A DNA stretch of 62,792 nt, counting the filler, from Asterionella formosa (lineage: Eukaryota), in the NCBI GenBank assembly GCA_002256025.1. It is 13 parts of 13 records of this genome, joined end to end, with 100 filler letters (N's around TTAATTAATTAA, not from the genome) between each part and the next. Parts side by side here need not be neighbours in the genome. Positions count along the whole stretch, not along the records: positions 23,152 to 46,185 come from NKIB01002552.1; 12 more parts are not named here. One strand, given 5' to 3'. The translations under genes were made by a program, and so were the position numbers. Below are positions 23,184 to 36,399 of the stretch, one piece after another. The stretch's first letter is position 1. Each line of letters begins with the position of its first letter. The notes beneath the pieces were generated by a model that saw nothing but the letters and a program-made list of their open reading frames with translations, did not search any database and was not told where the DNA came from.

Positions 23184-24002
23184 ATGGTGTCGATTCGGGT
23201 CGCTCTACTTCTACTCCACCTCTTGACAACGTTTTCGATCATATTTGCGTTTCCAAAGCAAAGGCTCGTTTGCGTCAAGAAGTTTGCCGAAGTTCAACGA
23301 CCATTCGTCTTGAAATTACAGCCTCGTCGCCAAAACAGTCCAATGAGATTTTTCATGGCGGTATCCGATCCAAATGAAAGTGGGAAAATATCCTTCACCA
23401 ATCAAGTATTATTTGCGATTGGAGGCACCACTTCAATGGTGGTGGCCGGAACTTTCTTCACCATTTTAGCCTATCAACGAGATGCACTCATGGTTTCCTT
23501 CTTCATAGGTAGCATTCTCAATGGGATCCTCAGCAAAGTTCTGAAGAAGGTATTAAATCAAGATCGACCGATGCCTGCCTTCGATAACATTGAGCAACCT
23601 TCTGACAAAGGTATGCCTTCCAGTCATGCCATGAGTTTGGGTTTCATTGGCACTTTTACAGCGTTGACTTTACATTGGACAGTAGCTCCCATAGCATTGT
23701 ATGGAGCAACATCTCTCTACTATCGGGTACAAACCAAACTTCATACAAAGGAACAAGTGACAGTAGGCCTGTTAGTAGGAACTCTTAATGGATTTATATG
23801 GCGAACATTGGTGGATGGAAGCAATCCAGCTGTGCCACAAATCAATGTCATGGACTTTGTTTCCAAGCACTTCTTGGATGCTGACGGAATCTTGCCAATT
23901 CCCTTCTTGGTGGTGCCTGCAATAGCTGGCGTTGTTGTAGTTGGTTCCTTCGAACGAAAAGCCTCTAAATGGATAAAGAAACTGAAATCAAAGAAGGATT
24001 AA
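23184..24002 (+). CDS. PAP2-family lipid phosphate phosphatase (LPP-epsilon / dolichyl-diphosphatase-like), probably plastid-targeted
   Basis: KKVLNQDRP (C1), GMPSSHA (C2), RVQTKLHTKEQV (C3); signal peptide ...IIFA-FPK. Confidence 0.9.
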   Translation: MVSIRVALLLLHLLTTFSIIFAFPKQRLVCVKKFAEVQRPFVLKLQPRRQNSPMRFFMAVSDPNESGKISFTNQVLFAIGGTTSMVVAGTFFTILAYQRDALMVSFFIGSILNGILSKVLKKVLNQDRPMPAFDNIEQPSDKGMPSSHAMSLGFIGTFTALTLHWTVAPIALYGATSLYYRVQTKLHTKEQVTVGLLVGTLNGFIWRTLVDGSNPAVPQINVMDFVSKHFLDADGILPIPFLVVPAIAGVVVVGSFERKASKWIKKLKSKKD

Positions 24003-24163
24003 TTTTTACAAATTCACTTTAATTGCTTTAACCGCGAATTTTGGTTGAAGATAGCCAGACTTATTTATCTCATTATCTGGTGCTCTCAATCACCAAGAGC
24101 TACACCATTTAAAGGTTGATAAGTTGTAAAGCATCTGTAAATTATTAAGTCGAAAGAGGCCCC

Positions 24164-26578
24164 TTAAGTCTTAGGGAAGTCCTTGTAAAGGACAACGTGA
24201 CTAAGCAATGCTTCAATTCCGATGTTAGCATATGCCATGGCTGCTCGTCGATATCCCTCTCCGTAGATTTCATGGTCGTCAGTTTCAATACTGAACTTAA
24301 AATATTGTCGGAGCTTAGCATCGGAAGGTCCGGGGTCACCGTAGGTTTCGGTAGAAGCAGGCGCCAAGCCTTCATTTAAGAACAACATAGCCACCAACTG
24401 GGCACAACCTTCTTCGACTTGAGGAGGGATAGGGTATTCAATATCAAAGCGAGGATGAAGCTTGATCCAAGCGTGGGTTGCTTCATGAGCAAGGACACTA
24501 GCAGTCAAGTCTGTTGGCAATCCAGAAAGACACAGAATGGCAGTGACGCTTGCGTCTGGATTTGTCTTACTGGCATCGGGCACTTGGAAATAGGTGAAAC
24601 CCTTTTCTTCGGCATCTAAAGATTCGAAGCTGGAATTGCTTTTATTAAACTTCATAGCTGGAAGCTTCAGTCGACGCCCACTCTGATGTTCTGTGAGACA
24701 CAGTCCTCTGGTCGTGATCTGAGTGGAACCCCTATGATTCCCGCCATTTTCCATCATCTGGTTCAAGGCATCGTAACCTACAATCAAAACTGGAACTTTC
24801 CTCATATCCCTCCAAATTGGAAGCGACAACGAATTTTCCAGGAAGCTGAGTACGTTGTTCCAAAGGGGAGTCGCGTCGGCATTGTCGACAACAACAGTTC
24901 GACAGCATGAATAGCAGACACAACGGCCACTGTCAAAAAGTTCAGCAAAAGGCTCTCCCTCAGGCTCGAAACGATGACATCCTGTACAGCGACGGCCGGG
25001 GTTGGTCGCATGACGAGGACACATTTGTTCGCTTTCAAAGAAAGGATGCTTCACAAACGACACCTTTCCATCTGGGCCCGCCGGAATTAACTGCTTGCAG
25101 ACTGCACATTTCACACCGTAGAGCTCGGCGTAACAGGTTCGATGAAGAGGATACTTGCCTCCAAGTTCAACAGTCATGTATGCAAACGGGCCTTTCGCAT
25201 TAATAGGTTTATGGCATGCAGCACAATTGAAGCATTCTGGGTGATATTTCTTGTCCAATGCCAAGAGGAAAGTGGTGGCTTGCTTGTCGCAAATGGTGCA
25301 TATAACTGTTTCCTTTTTTTTCCCCATTGTATCAGTTTTCTTCGTTTGCCCCGGAACGTCTGGTGCCACGGGAACATGAACTTTCTCCGAGGAAAGGTCG
25401 GAAAACAGCGAAGGTCCTGTCCTTTGCGGTGGAGGTGGAATTGACGTTGGAATTGACAGTTGAGTTCCGGCAGTTGACTTTGCAACCTTTTTTTGGCGAT
25501 TGAACAATCCACGTTTCTTTGTTTTTTCCTTGTCGATATCGCCAAGGCTGAGGGCAAGGGGGTTGATATCGAATCCTGGAGGGTCAAGACTCGATTGCAT
25601 TTGCATGGGATGTTTTGGTGAATGAAATTTAGCAGCAGGGGGCACAGTAACTGGAACTGCGGAGGGAGGTTGCATTTGACTGAGAGTTTTTGGTGAATGC
25701 GATTTTGTACGAGGGGAAGCTGAAACTGGAATTGCTGCTGGGGGACCAGGAACAGAAGTGGATTGAGGAATGCGCCCAGATTGATGAAGAGGGATAGTGT
25801 TCACTTTCCACTTGCTGCTCGAATTCATGAATGGTACTCCTTCGCCACTTTCTGAAAGAATTCTGGCCAATTGAGTATCTTCGTCCTCCAAAAAAACCCG
25901 AACAGGAGCTTGAGAAGATGGTCCCATTAAATTGCGAATGCTGTTCAGACTTCCCATGCCCATTTGTTCGAGTTCCTGCATTTTTATAGCCAACTCAAGA
26001 TCCGAATCATCTGAGTTAGATGGAATCGAGTACTGCGAATGATCTTGAGATCCTCGGTTGCGATCCACCTTGGCGAACGCTTGTTCTTGTACCCTTATGG
26101 CGTAGTCTAGCTGATCTTGAAATCCATTTCCCCCCTGATTGGATATTTCCACTTCCTGAATGGCCCTAGCGAATTCCATATCTTCGGATTGGGTGGCGCT
26201 GCGATGTTGAGAGGCCTGTTGTTGTTGTTGCTGCTGCTGCTGCCGAATGTGAGCTTGATGAATTGCATCCATTTCTTTTCGCTGCATCATCATGAGGAGC
26301 TCCATTTCCTCGTTTTTACGTCCTCCTAGTTGGCTGTCTTTGTATTCAACACTCTCGATTCCGTATCGATCACCTGCGCTCTGATTTCCGTAGTCGTTTG
26401 AGTAATTCGGCTTGAAGGTATCCTGATAACCACTGCTCCTTGGACCAGCTTGCCGTTCTTGTTCAAGGATCTCCTCCTGAAGCAAACGGGCCAATACTTC
26501 GTCATCCACCAATGCCCCGGGACTGGGAGGCTTTGCCACATAATGCTTTTCCGGGTCGAAGGGTGGTTTGGTCGGCAT
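24164..26578 (-). CDS. DA1: DA1-like protein: UIM-like repeats, LIM and LIM-like zinc domains, metallopeptidase domain
   Basis: CTIC...YHPECFNCAACH...HRTC, HPFF...CPRH...RCTGCHRFEP, TRGLCLTE, VTAILCLSGLP, VLAHEATHAWI, VEEGCAQL, YGEGYR; start codon uncertain. Confidence 0.92.
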   Translation of the reverse strand: MPTKPPFDPEKHYVAKPPSPGALVDDEVLARLLQEEILEQERQAGPRSSGYQDTFKPNYSNDYGNQSAGDRYGIESVEYKDSQLGGRKNEEMELLMMMQRKEMDAIHQAHIRQQQQQQQQQASQHRSATQSEDMEFARAIQEVEISNQGGNGFQDQLDYAIRVQEQAFAKVDRNRGSQDHSQYSIPSNSDDSDLELAIKMQELEQMGMGSLNSIRNLMGPSSQAPVRVFLEDEDTQLARILSESGEGVPFMNSSSKWKVNTIPLHQSGRIPQSTSVPGPPAAIPVSASPRTKSHSPKTLSQMQPPSAVPVTVPPAAKFHSPKHPMQMQSSLDPPGFDINPLALSLGDIDKEKTKKRGLFNRQKKVAKSTAGTQLSIPTSIPPPPQRTGPSLFSDLSSEKVHVPVAPDVPGQTKKTDTMGKKKETVICTICDKQATTFLLALDKKYHPECFNCAACHKPINAKGPFAYMTVELGGKYPLHRTCYAELYGVKCAVCKQLIPAGPDGKVSFVKHPFFESEQMCPRHATNPGRRCTGCHRFEPEGEPFAELFDSGRCVCYSCCRTVVVDNADATPLWNNVLSFLENSLSLPIWRDMRKVPVLIVGYDALNQMMENGGNHRGSTQITTRGLCLTEHQSGRRLKLPAMKFNKSNSSFESLDAEEKGFTYFQVPDASKTNPDASVTAILCLSGLPTDLTASVLAHEATHAWIKLHPRFDIEYPIPPQVEEGCAQLVAMLFLNEGLAPASTETYGDPGPSDAKLRQYFKFSIETDDHEIYGEGYRRAAMAYANIGIEALLSHVVLYKDFPKT

Positions 26579-27039
26579 TTGTTGCGTTGGTTTTGCAGTC
26601 GCGTTAATGCACACTTAGACTCGATCAATGACTCAGTCAAGACTGAGTTCAACCCAAGGCTGTGCTGTAATATCAACCTTCGTTCAGGACAACACTTCGC
26701 TCTTATTTCAGCGGCACCTACCGGTAGACTGCTTGTCCAAGAATATCGAATAGCGATGATGAGATATCCACGGCCGATTCCGATTTCAGAAAATCACTTC
26801 TTGAAAACAAGACTACCAATATACCTAATATGCATATTTCATTTTTAACGAGTGAATCAAGAATTCATTTATTATAAAGGAACACAAGTAAAGATTCAGC
26901 AATAAAGGTAGTATTGTGTGTATGTTTAAATTGTACGTATGTCTAGGGCCTTAACTGGTACCAGGTACCTGGTACCGGTAATTCGATACTATTGCATAGG
27001 CAAAACCGAATTGTGAACCGCCTAGAGGTAGTGCACGTT

Positions 27040-28640
27040 TTATGCGCACTTTTTCACTTTCGACTTGTCACTCCCAATGATTTGTCCCATGCCTACCAGA
27101 AGGGTTAGGCTGGCGTTGACAAGGAAGTTTTCGGCAGCTTGTATGCCTGGCTCTATTGTCGAATCAACCATTTTCAAACTCCCTGTGGTGCTTGGACCAC
27201 CATATGCCACCGCTTCCGGAAATTTTTGATTGAATCCCAGTTTTCCCAAGCTTGCTCTTCTGGCTTTTTTCAATGTTTTCAAGTTGTTCTGATGTCATGC
27301 TAGTAACTGGAAGTGAATATGTCATTTGTGCCGCCCATATTGCTCTGCATGCCTGATTTGCATCTCGTCTCCACATCTTGTTTGACATTGTTTTTGCTTA
27401 TTCCGTGATCATGATTACTTTTGTTTTGAAGTATCGTTGCCTCGCCTTCCCATGTTTCCTGTGGGTTTGAAATCATCTCTAGAGATTTTGTACTTGCTTC
27501 TGATGGCTTGTATGCAATTGTTGTAGAGTTTGGTTCTCTGCCTGAAAATATTGTTACTGCACAGCTTAGTCCTGATAGGAATCGGATTAACTTCATTTAG
27601 CTTTAATTGTGCGATTTTTGGATACCCAAGTGTGTTCCAGTGCCAATGAATCAGTTGGTAATAATATTTAGACAATTCGAGTACTCCCCCTGATGCGAAT
27701 AGCAGTTGTTCCCATAATTTAGGACATTCCATAAGTGTTTGCAGCATTGTGAGAATATCTATCAAAGAGGATTTTTCATCATTGAACCCCATTCTTGTTT
27801 CCTCGCCTATGAATGCATCTGCATTTCTTTTGGACTTAATGCTTCTTGTTGGTTCCTGATATTTCATTCCTCTTGGAGCGTGTTTCTTGTATGCCATAAA
27901 TAATACTATGCATATTGATAACCACACCGCCAGTGATGCGCCGCTTCCTTGTCCCGTTCCTGCTAGATTTTTTCCTCTTTGCTTTCTGACGTTCTGTATA
28001 CCGTTTTAATTGGTGGGCTAGCTAATAATGCTTTGGATGGTACTACCAGCCTTCTAGTAGCTACGTTACTCCCAGCTTTCTAGTAGCTCTCAGCATCGCT
28101 GAGTTCAGCAGAATTCTATCATAACAGCTGGCTGCATCATTGTTGAAGACTGCAAGATTCAATCGTTGTTGCCTTGCTACTATGTCAAATGTGAGCGTCT
28201 TTTTAACAACACATCTAGTGTGCTTCTGTTTTTTCTAGACCCTTGCATTTACTCTCCTATTACTCCTTGTTACTCTGCTCTTTTCACCATATGGCATTCC
28301 CATATCAATTTTAAAAACAAAGTGTAGTAGTCGGCTTTGAAGATTTTTGGGTCTCCTTTGTCGTTTTCAAGCATAACGGAAGCTGTCTGCTGCCACCTTT
28401 TGGGGGAGAATCCTGTGCTCACAGCAGGCATGTTCAACATCTACGCATCTTAGCATAGCCCATGGTTAGTTCTGTATCATGTATCGCTACCTTGTAGTAG
28501 TGGCCGAGATGCCTTCCGGCCGCTTGGTGACAATGTAAATGTGGATTCCTTCCATTCCCTTTATCCTTTGCTCTTTCTATCATAATTTCAGTGTTGACTT
28601 TGGTGATCTGTTTGAGTTCTTTGGGAAAGGAAAGTTCAAT
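27040..28640 (-). pseudogene. Decayed non-LTR retrotransposon reverse transcriptase (diatom type, possibly Ambal-like)
   Basis: Minus-strand fragments with stops and frameshifts: SPSGR..GHYYK, GFSPKRWQQTASVMLENDKGDPKI, CYDRI, GTGQGSGAS..W, WEQLLFASGGVLELSK, KLGFNQKFPEAVAYG. Confidence 0.8.
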
Positions 28641-30499
28641 CCTTGCACAAAAGTGTTTCTAAATGCACAACGGGTTAGTCTGGGGAACTCGTGATTATTT
28701 CTTAAACTAAAAATCTATCAAATCAGAAATCATATATATCAATGATAGAATATTTTCCTAAATAAAATTTAAATGACTGTTTTTTTAATTTAAAAGAATA
28801 TCAAAAAATATAAATAATTTTTGTATTATCATGGAAATCGTCAGTAAATCGGGGTTGGTTTCACGACTTACTAGTACTCCCTGCAATATAAACGAATGAG
28901 AAGCAATGGTAGAATAAGCAAAACAGATGGGTCTCAATATTTAGGCTAAATCATCAGAATATAGCTAAATCTATTGATAATACTTTATTTACAGAAGGGT
29001 CATTCAGAAAATCTATTCGCATTTGATTCTAGTCGTAGTCAGCAAATTTTATTCGTAGTCAGCAAGTTCTAAAAGCCTACTTGTATTCCAAAGTAAGAAG
29101 GAGCAATCCGAGTCGTGTTCAGAGTTTGATTCTGCAAATTTTCATCGGTCAATGAAAGTAACGTATCCTGAATTACTTAAGGAAAAAAAATTTCATCGAA
29201 AGCTGGCAGATCTCGTCTGACAGGAATGGGACGAAGCACTGGGAGTGAATTGAAACTGAAAAGGTGTGCATAAAATGTGCGTTAGCTACCGGACCTTCCT
29301 GGAGCGAGGACCACGATTTTACACATGGCTGCATGTGGTGTAGATTTGTAAATATTTACAGCATGCATACAGTAGTGTCTTACCTGTGAAAGTCCGGTAA
29401 GTGAGACATTTAGCTTTATTTGACTTGATTCCAAGGTCTGATGCCAAAAAGTCAGACTTGTCGACAGATAACCAAGGTTATTAAAGTAAAGCAGTATTTA
29501 TAACTTGGTTTTTAAATACCAAGTCAGAAACACAATACACTATTATACATTGATTTTCATCAGTATAAACTTGATCATCACATTTAGTGAGTCTTAGGTA
29601 AAATCCAATATTGATAGTGTTAAATCCTATCTTCCATTTAAATCGCTAGACAATTGTCCCAATCATTTCTCCCACTACAAAGTCGTCATCATGTTCATGC
29701 TCGACTGCTGCTATTACCACCTGACGCTGCAGCTCTTCAATGCACAAAGTTATGCATTGTATCATTCATCGTTGTGGATTCTTCATCAGCAGTAGTCCGA
29801 TGAGCCTTGGCTTTACGGACCTTTTTCAAAGCTGCTGCTGTGAGAGCCGTGCCTCCTTGTAGTTGCGTTATTGCTACGCAACCACGTCGTCTACCTCCTG
29901 TTATTGTCCTTTGGTGTCTCTTTTTGATTGCAGATTAAAATACAAGTGCAAGAAGCGTCGAACTTTTATTGCATTTTGCTACTACATATGCTCAACAAGA
30001 TTGCAAACTCGAACCTGTCCATTGTGGATGAAGAAACAAAGGAATTTAGGCCCATCAGCCAGTGCTGGCTCTCTCGATGATAATGGGTCGATAATTATGA
30101 AATTTCAAAAGCAAACGGAACGCTGTACACAAATGGCACTAGCCTCTCAAAGTTCCAATTCATAATTAGCACGAGCAACTCTCGCTGTAAAATAAGAGAA
30201 ATAACTAAGGCAGATTGTAAGTATGTACCACGAAAAGTTGAAAGAAGCTCAGGATGAAGTAGCAAGCAATGAAGCATAACAAAAATCTGCTGGTTACGAG
30301 TATCAAGAGAATGTCAGTTTTCTTGCATTTCTTGAAGCCATGTATGGACTGACAAAGAATTCAGTAGCTCTTATAAAAACAGCTGAGGATGCACCTACTA
30401 CTCATAATTAAGGTAGCAATTATATTGCTATTTCTACTTGTTATTACCTTTGAATCAAATTTCTTCCAGTTATTGTTGTTCATTCATATGCAAAATTAA

Positions 30500-31030
30500 T
30501 CATCTTCCAGTCAGTTCATGTCATCGGCGCAACATGTTAGCTGGAGTCCGCCTAAACCCATTGTTGGTGACAACATCAAGAATAATTTGCCGAATTTGTG
30601 AAGTACCTTGTATTACATTTAATTTCGTGACAGATGGAAGATCAGCTCACCCAAGAGGAGCATTGGGCATTGAATCAACAAGCTCCAAATTCAAGACCAT
30701 TAGCAAGTTCTTTCTTTTCATCATCATCCATGAGTAGGAAAAAATTGTGTAAGTAGGCACAAGCAGAAGGAATTGCAACTGATTTCTTCAGGCTGAAGGA
30801 CAAGGATGAGGTCCTCAGGATCCTCCTAATGTCATCTCAATTCTAATGCGTAGTTGTGAAAGGAAATAGTTGTATGTATCTTTGTTTGTTGATTCCCTTT
30901 GATTTCCGACAAATAGACAGAGGACTTGATCAGTCAATGTGTAAGCAGCATCACTTACTTTGCTTGTATTGTACTTGACAAAGGTTAGATTCAATCTGAA
31001 AAAGCTGTGTTCTTTCAAATGCCTTTCTGA
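30500..31030 (-). pseudogene. Harbinger (DDE_Tnp_4) transposase C-terminal remnant
   Basis: SDAAYTLTDQVLCLFVGNQRESTNKDTYNYFLSQLRIRIEMTLG followed by ACAYLHNF. Confidence 0.8.
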
Positions 31031-31268
31031 AATTTTTTTGCATCAATATTTTCTACGTCCGTTGGAACTAATTATTTAGACCATTCAATTGCTGTACTAA
31101 GTCATAACCCATTTGTATCATTATTTATACGCGAGGATTTTGGTAGCAAACTGTTTAAGCCCCTTTTTTGGGCGGGAATTCTTCATGTGTACCGGTACAT
31201 CATATGACAATAACATTTTATCGTATAAATAGAGTACCAGTAGCAGGTAGGAAGTGATATACTGGGGG

Positions 31269-31735
31269 TAGTCAGAGTACCAGGTAGTAAGCGAGCAACA
31301 GAACACCATATGTTCATGACTGTTGCTACTGCAGTGGGACAGTTAATCATCATAGTTTTAGGATCGTATGATCATAAAATTAAAAAAAGATAGTCGGAGT
31401 AGTAAGCGAGCAAAAGAGCACCACATGTTCATGACTGTTACTACTGCAGCGGGACAGTAAATCATCATAGTTTTAGGATTTTACGATCGTAAAATTGAAA
31501 GAGAGTAGTCGGAGTACTAGTAAGCGAGCAACAGAACACCATATGTTCATAACTGTTGCTACTGCAGCGGGACAGTAAATCATCATAGCTTTAGGATTGT
31601 ACGATCTTAAAATTGAAAGAGAGTAGTCGGAGTAGTAAGCAAGCAACAGAACACCATATGTTCATGACTGCTGCTACTGCAGCAGGACAGTAAATTATCA
31701 TAAATTCAGGATCGTATAATCGTATAATTGAAAAC
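31269..31735 (+). repeat. Tandem repeat, ~115-122 bp x4
   Basis: Units start TAGTC(A/G)GAGTA at 31269, 31391, 31506, 31624; shared core GTAAGCGAGCAACAGAACACCATATGTTCATGACTGTTGCTACTGCAG. Confidence 0.93.
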
Positions 31736-33527
31736 AAGATATGCTATTTTTCAAACTCGGTTCTGATTTTGTATATGATAATGTAAATAGCACTGTTGGT
31801 TTTATGGTATCATATCTAGACAGCGTAAAATATTATATGTAGTGGCTGATGATTCATTTCATTGTAGCTTGCAACACCTGATTTTAAGATCATCGACCCT
31901 AAATTTAAGGAAGACAACGAAAACAGTTATCTAGTAGTACAAGCAATGTCTTCAAAAAACCATAAAGAGGTTCTTGGAAACAAGCGACATGTGGCAAATA
32001 CTGCCGGTATGGAACAAAGAAGCAAGTACCAAAATGAGTTAACAAAGAAAAAGCGAGTAGGCGATTATCCAAAGGAACCCAATCGGCGACAGGGATATAT
32101 TAGGGGTACTACCCCATCGTCAATGGGGACACCATCAGCTACTAGTACAAAGGCTCCCGTAATTGATACTGGCTGAAAGCGATGATGATGTTTCTTTTTC
32201 AGTTTTTGGTACAAGAAAAATGGCTCCTGTCGATGATGCCATTAATAACTCCCGGATGCAGATGCAGATGGACGACATGGTACCATATCATAAATTTTCT
32301 AATCGCACGGACCAACAAGTACATGACCAACTGAGGGAAAAAAAATTTGCACTTGCCAAAGGATATTTTCAATTGGTCAATGAACTCAATCACTAGCTAC
32401 AAAGGTTGTAATTCGGTTCAAAACTCGTCCATACGAGGATATCAAGATTCTTCAATTTCAGCAGCCTTATCAGAACGTACTTCCCGCTTAGCTAAGATTG
32501 AACCGATCCATCAATTGTAACAAAGGTTGTGAGTTTTAGAGTTTTATATTCAATACCAAGAAGTTTTGCTTTGAACGTGTAAGTTTGAGGTTATAGTTCG
32601 CGAATTGCAGGTACTGTGAAAAAGAATATCAATCTAATGTGCTTTTTTCTGGTCCCAAAAGAGAATCAAACATCCCGCCCTGCCTATCTGGTCTAAGTAG
32701 TATGAAAGGCATTTCCAAATCACAAAAAGCCAGGATTGGTTTGCCCAATGTTGCCTTACTCGGCTATACACAGTGAAACCGGAGTTAGGCAAAGAATTGG
32801 AGAGTGACCCAGAGCTTGCCGATTTCATATGGATGGTTCTGATGCACTACTTCCGATGAATCAGACCATTGAACGTACCAACAAGGCACATTTAGATTAT
32901 ATTAAATCAACATTTGGTGGCACGTGCATTAAATAGTTGAGAGAATGTCAGAATGTATTGAATAACCAATTTAAAGGAATCTTAGGTAAGTTCTTGCAGG
33001 GTGGGAGATGCTCTGAAAGCATGATGTTGTGAGTCGGTGATTATATTCTTATCAAATATGTTTTTATTGAAAATGCAAACATAATTCATGACACACCAGC
33101 TGGTCTAACACAATATAGCTAACTTCCAGACTATGGATATTGATGACTTTATTAGGTGGTCGTTGACGCTTTATCGGTTTGCGCAGTCAAAGGACATTGA
33201 CAGGAGAAGCCATGGATACCAAGTCTGGCGTGATGTTCTTGCTCCAGTGTATTTTATAGGCAGGACAAGCCGTGGGGAACCACTTTTAACAGGAGACAGA
33301 TCTGGTGAGACCAAGCCAAATTTCAACTAAGCCTTCGGGCACAGTGTGAATTGCAATCACGTTTGAATTGTTGGTTTGCTGATCAATGCCAGTACAGAAG
33401 CATTTTGCTTCTTGGCGCTGAAAGGAAAATTCCGATTGCAACAAAAAATTTTGGGTTTCAATCCAGATACGCATGAAATTTCAGAGAAGCAACGATATTC
33501 GTCATTCTACTGATTTTGTCGACATTG

Positions 33528-33603
33528 GTGGGAAACCACTTATCAAAAAAGTGTGAGGGAAGAAAGTGGGAAACCACTTATCAAAAAAGTGTGAGGGAAG
33601 AAA
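33528..33603 (+). repeat. Exact 38 bp tandem duplication
   Basis: GTGGGAAACCACTTATCAAAAAAGTGTGAGGGAAGAAA x2. Confidence 0.9.
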
Positions 33604-34777
33604 GTTCAGTTTCAAATGGTCTCACTGATCAATGGACTGATGATTTACTCGGTTCCATTCACCATCCCTTCCTGTTAGAATTCAATTCTCTGCTTCATCA
33701 TCAAATGGTCTATGGACTATAGCAGGTGTCCCTAATAAGATTGGGCATGTATCACGGAGTAAGGATGCACCCTTGTCTCAATTGGTTCATCCTGATTTAC
33801 CAAAGGGGGCCAACTACGTAAAGAGCATTGCGAATTCAGCAATAGAAATAGAGAAATAGTAAGAATAAAAAGTCTTAAAGATGGGGTTGGGCTTGTTTAT
33901 TTTTACAAAGGCATCATTTTCGTTGTGCTTACCATGCCGTCTGATTCCAAACGAATCCCTTGCTCAAAAGATTGACTGTTTGTAGACAAAGAACAGCATT
34001 TGCAGAGTAAGTTCGTGATCAACAAGCAAGTAACAAGCACACAATTAAGCCCTTCTTCTGATTCATTACAATTAAGCAATGCCTGCGCTAACAATTCCGA
34101 ACAAAGACGAAGGAGAATAGGAGAGGAGATCCGCCTACAACAAGCAACAGCAAAAAAAATCAGTAGAAGGCAAGAAAACATTGCACTTGCTTACCATGTA
34201 TATATTTGTCCCCTATGCACCAGAGGAATCCTTTCAACAATGCGAATAACAAATGATTGATAGCCTGCCTGACACAGGACAGCCTTCCTGACACAGGCAG
34301 AGCACGACGCATTTCATTATTCCCAAGATTCAACCCTGCCCTGCCAAAAACAGATTGATTGTCTGTAGAAAAAGAACAAGGTTTGCAGAGTAAGTTCATC
34401 ATGACTGACCACTTTTCCAATTCCAAACGGCACAAGTAAGAGGAAGAACGAAATGGAGGTAAAGGAACCACAACAGCAATCAAATATAGTTCCGAACACA
34501 AGACGAAGAAAACGACGGTGCAGAACAATAACAATGTTACAAAAGACCTGTTTCCATTTCCCAAAATATTAACTATTAACTGCTAACCATATATTTCTCG
34601 AACTTTCAGATGCATCCTGTCTATGATAACAAGGAGAAACAAAAAATGCTTGCCTGTTTCTTCCAGAGTAACCGGCCCACAGCAGAGTCCTTGTATCTGG
34701 AAGCGAAGAACAAGATGCACAGAGTCAGGTGATGGCTGGTTTTTAACAAACAAGACCTTTATACATTGCTGCAGCGG

Positions 34778-36090
34778 AAATTCCAAACCATCTTGCTCAA
34801 CCATTTTAAGGCTGACTTCTATCCAGCCTAGTATTCGATGTACACTAGATCAATGTCTTCATGGCCAATGTCGATTGTCTCAGAACGAATATATATTGAT
34901 CAATGGAGGCATGAGGATGTGTACATTTTCGGATGCTTGTGGACTGATCATCAGAGCTGTGGCATCAAAAATTCCAAACCATCTTTCTCCACCAATTTAA
35001 GGCCAATTTTTATCCAGAAAACTTTCCGATGTACACGAGATCAGTGCCGTCAATTCGAATATCGATATTCTCAGAACGAACATATATTGATCAAATTGGT
35101 CATCAAGATGTGTAAAATTTCGGTTCTTGTGGACTGCTGCATGACCAGTATTCCAAACCATCTTTCTCCACCAATTTAAGGCCGATTTCTATCAAGCAAA
35201 GTTTTCTATGTACATGAGATCAATGTCTTCATGGCCAATGTCGATATTTTAAGAACGATCATATATTGATTAAATTGGTCATCAAGATGTGAAATATATC
35301 ATAAGTACTTTGGCAACAAAACTTCCATATCTCCTTTCTCCACCAATTTGAAGCCGACTTTTACCCAACATAGTATTCGATGTCCACGAGATCAATGCCG
35401 TCATGGCGAATGTCGATATTCTCAGAATGAACATATATTGATTGAATTGTTCATCAGGAAGGTTTGTAAAATCTCGGTGCTTGCTGTGGACTGAAAATCA
35501 GTGCTGTTGTTACAAAAATTCCAAACCATCTTTCTCCACCAATGTAAGGCCAATTTCTATCCAGAAAAGTATTCGATGTACACGAGATCAGTGTTGTCAT
35601 TTCGAATATCGATATTCTCAAAACGAAAATATATTGTTCAAATTGGTTATCAGGATGTGTATAATTTCGGTTCTTGTGGACTGCTGCATGACTAGTACTC
35701 CAAACGATGTGCTTGCTGTGGACTGCTGCATGACCAGTGCTGTTGCAACAAAAATTCCAAACCATCTTGCTCAACCATTTTAAGGCTGATTTCTATCCAG
35801 CATAGAATTCAATGTCCACGAGATCAATGTCTTCATGGCCAATGTCGATATTCTGAGAACGAACAAATATTGATCAAAGGAGGCATCCGGATGTGTAAAT
35901 TTTCGTATGCTTGTAGACTGATCATCAGTGCTGTGGCAACAAAAATTCCAAACCATCTTTCTCCACCAACTTAAGGCCGATTTCTATCCAGCATAGTATT
36001 CGATGTACAAAAGATCGATGCCGTCAAGGGGAAAGGCGATATACTCATAATGATCATATATTCATCAGAGGAGGCATCAGGATGTGTAGA
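34778..36090 (+). repeat. Tandem array, ~170-235 bp unit x7
   Basis: ATTCCAAACCATCTTTCTCCACCAATTTAAGGC recurs at ~34780, 34971, 35150, 35322, 35518, 35754, 35946. Confidence 0.93.
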
Positions 36091-36399
36091 TGGCGATTTT
36101 GGCACTTCTCATTTTTGATTTACTACCATAGGATCATGTGGTAGTAGTATGCCGTGATGATAGTTAGTTCATCAGCAGGGGTGCACCAAAACTCAAAGCT
36201 ATTATTTTCTACCAAATTGCTTTCATCTACAAATTGCTAAGAGTTTTATTGGTCAAATCAGACGTTAGCACATATTTTTGGAGTGAATTGACTTGGTGGT
36301 GTGCAGAAAAAGTGCGAAATATTGCGAAAAATACAGGTTAGCTATGGAGTGGTTGAATTCAATGAAGTTGATAGTCCTCATCTCCTTGGCCCTTGCCTT

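Noticed and set aside
31269..31735. Four-unit repeat as a CRISPR-like array
   Set aside because: Whole units are homologous with no unique spacers; eukaryotic context; no cas genes
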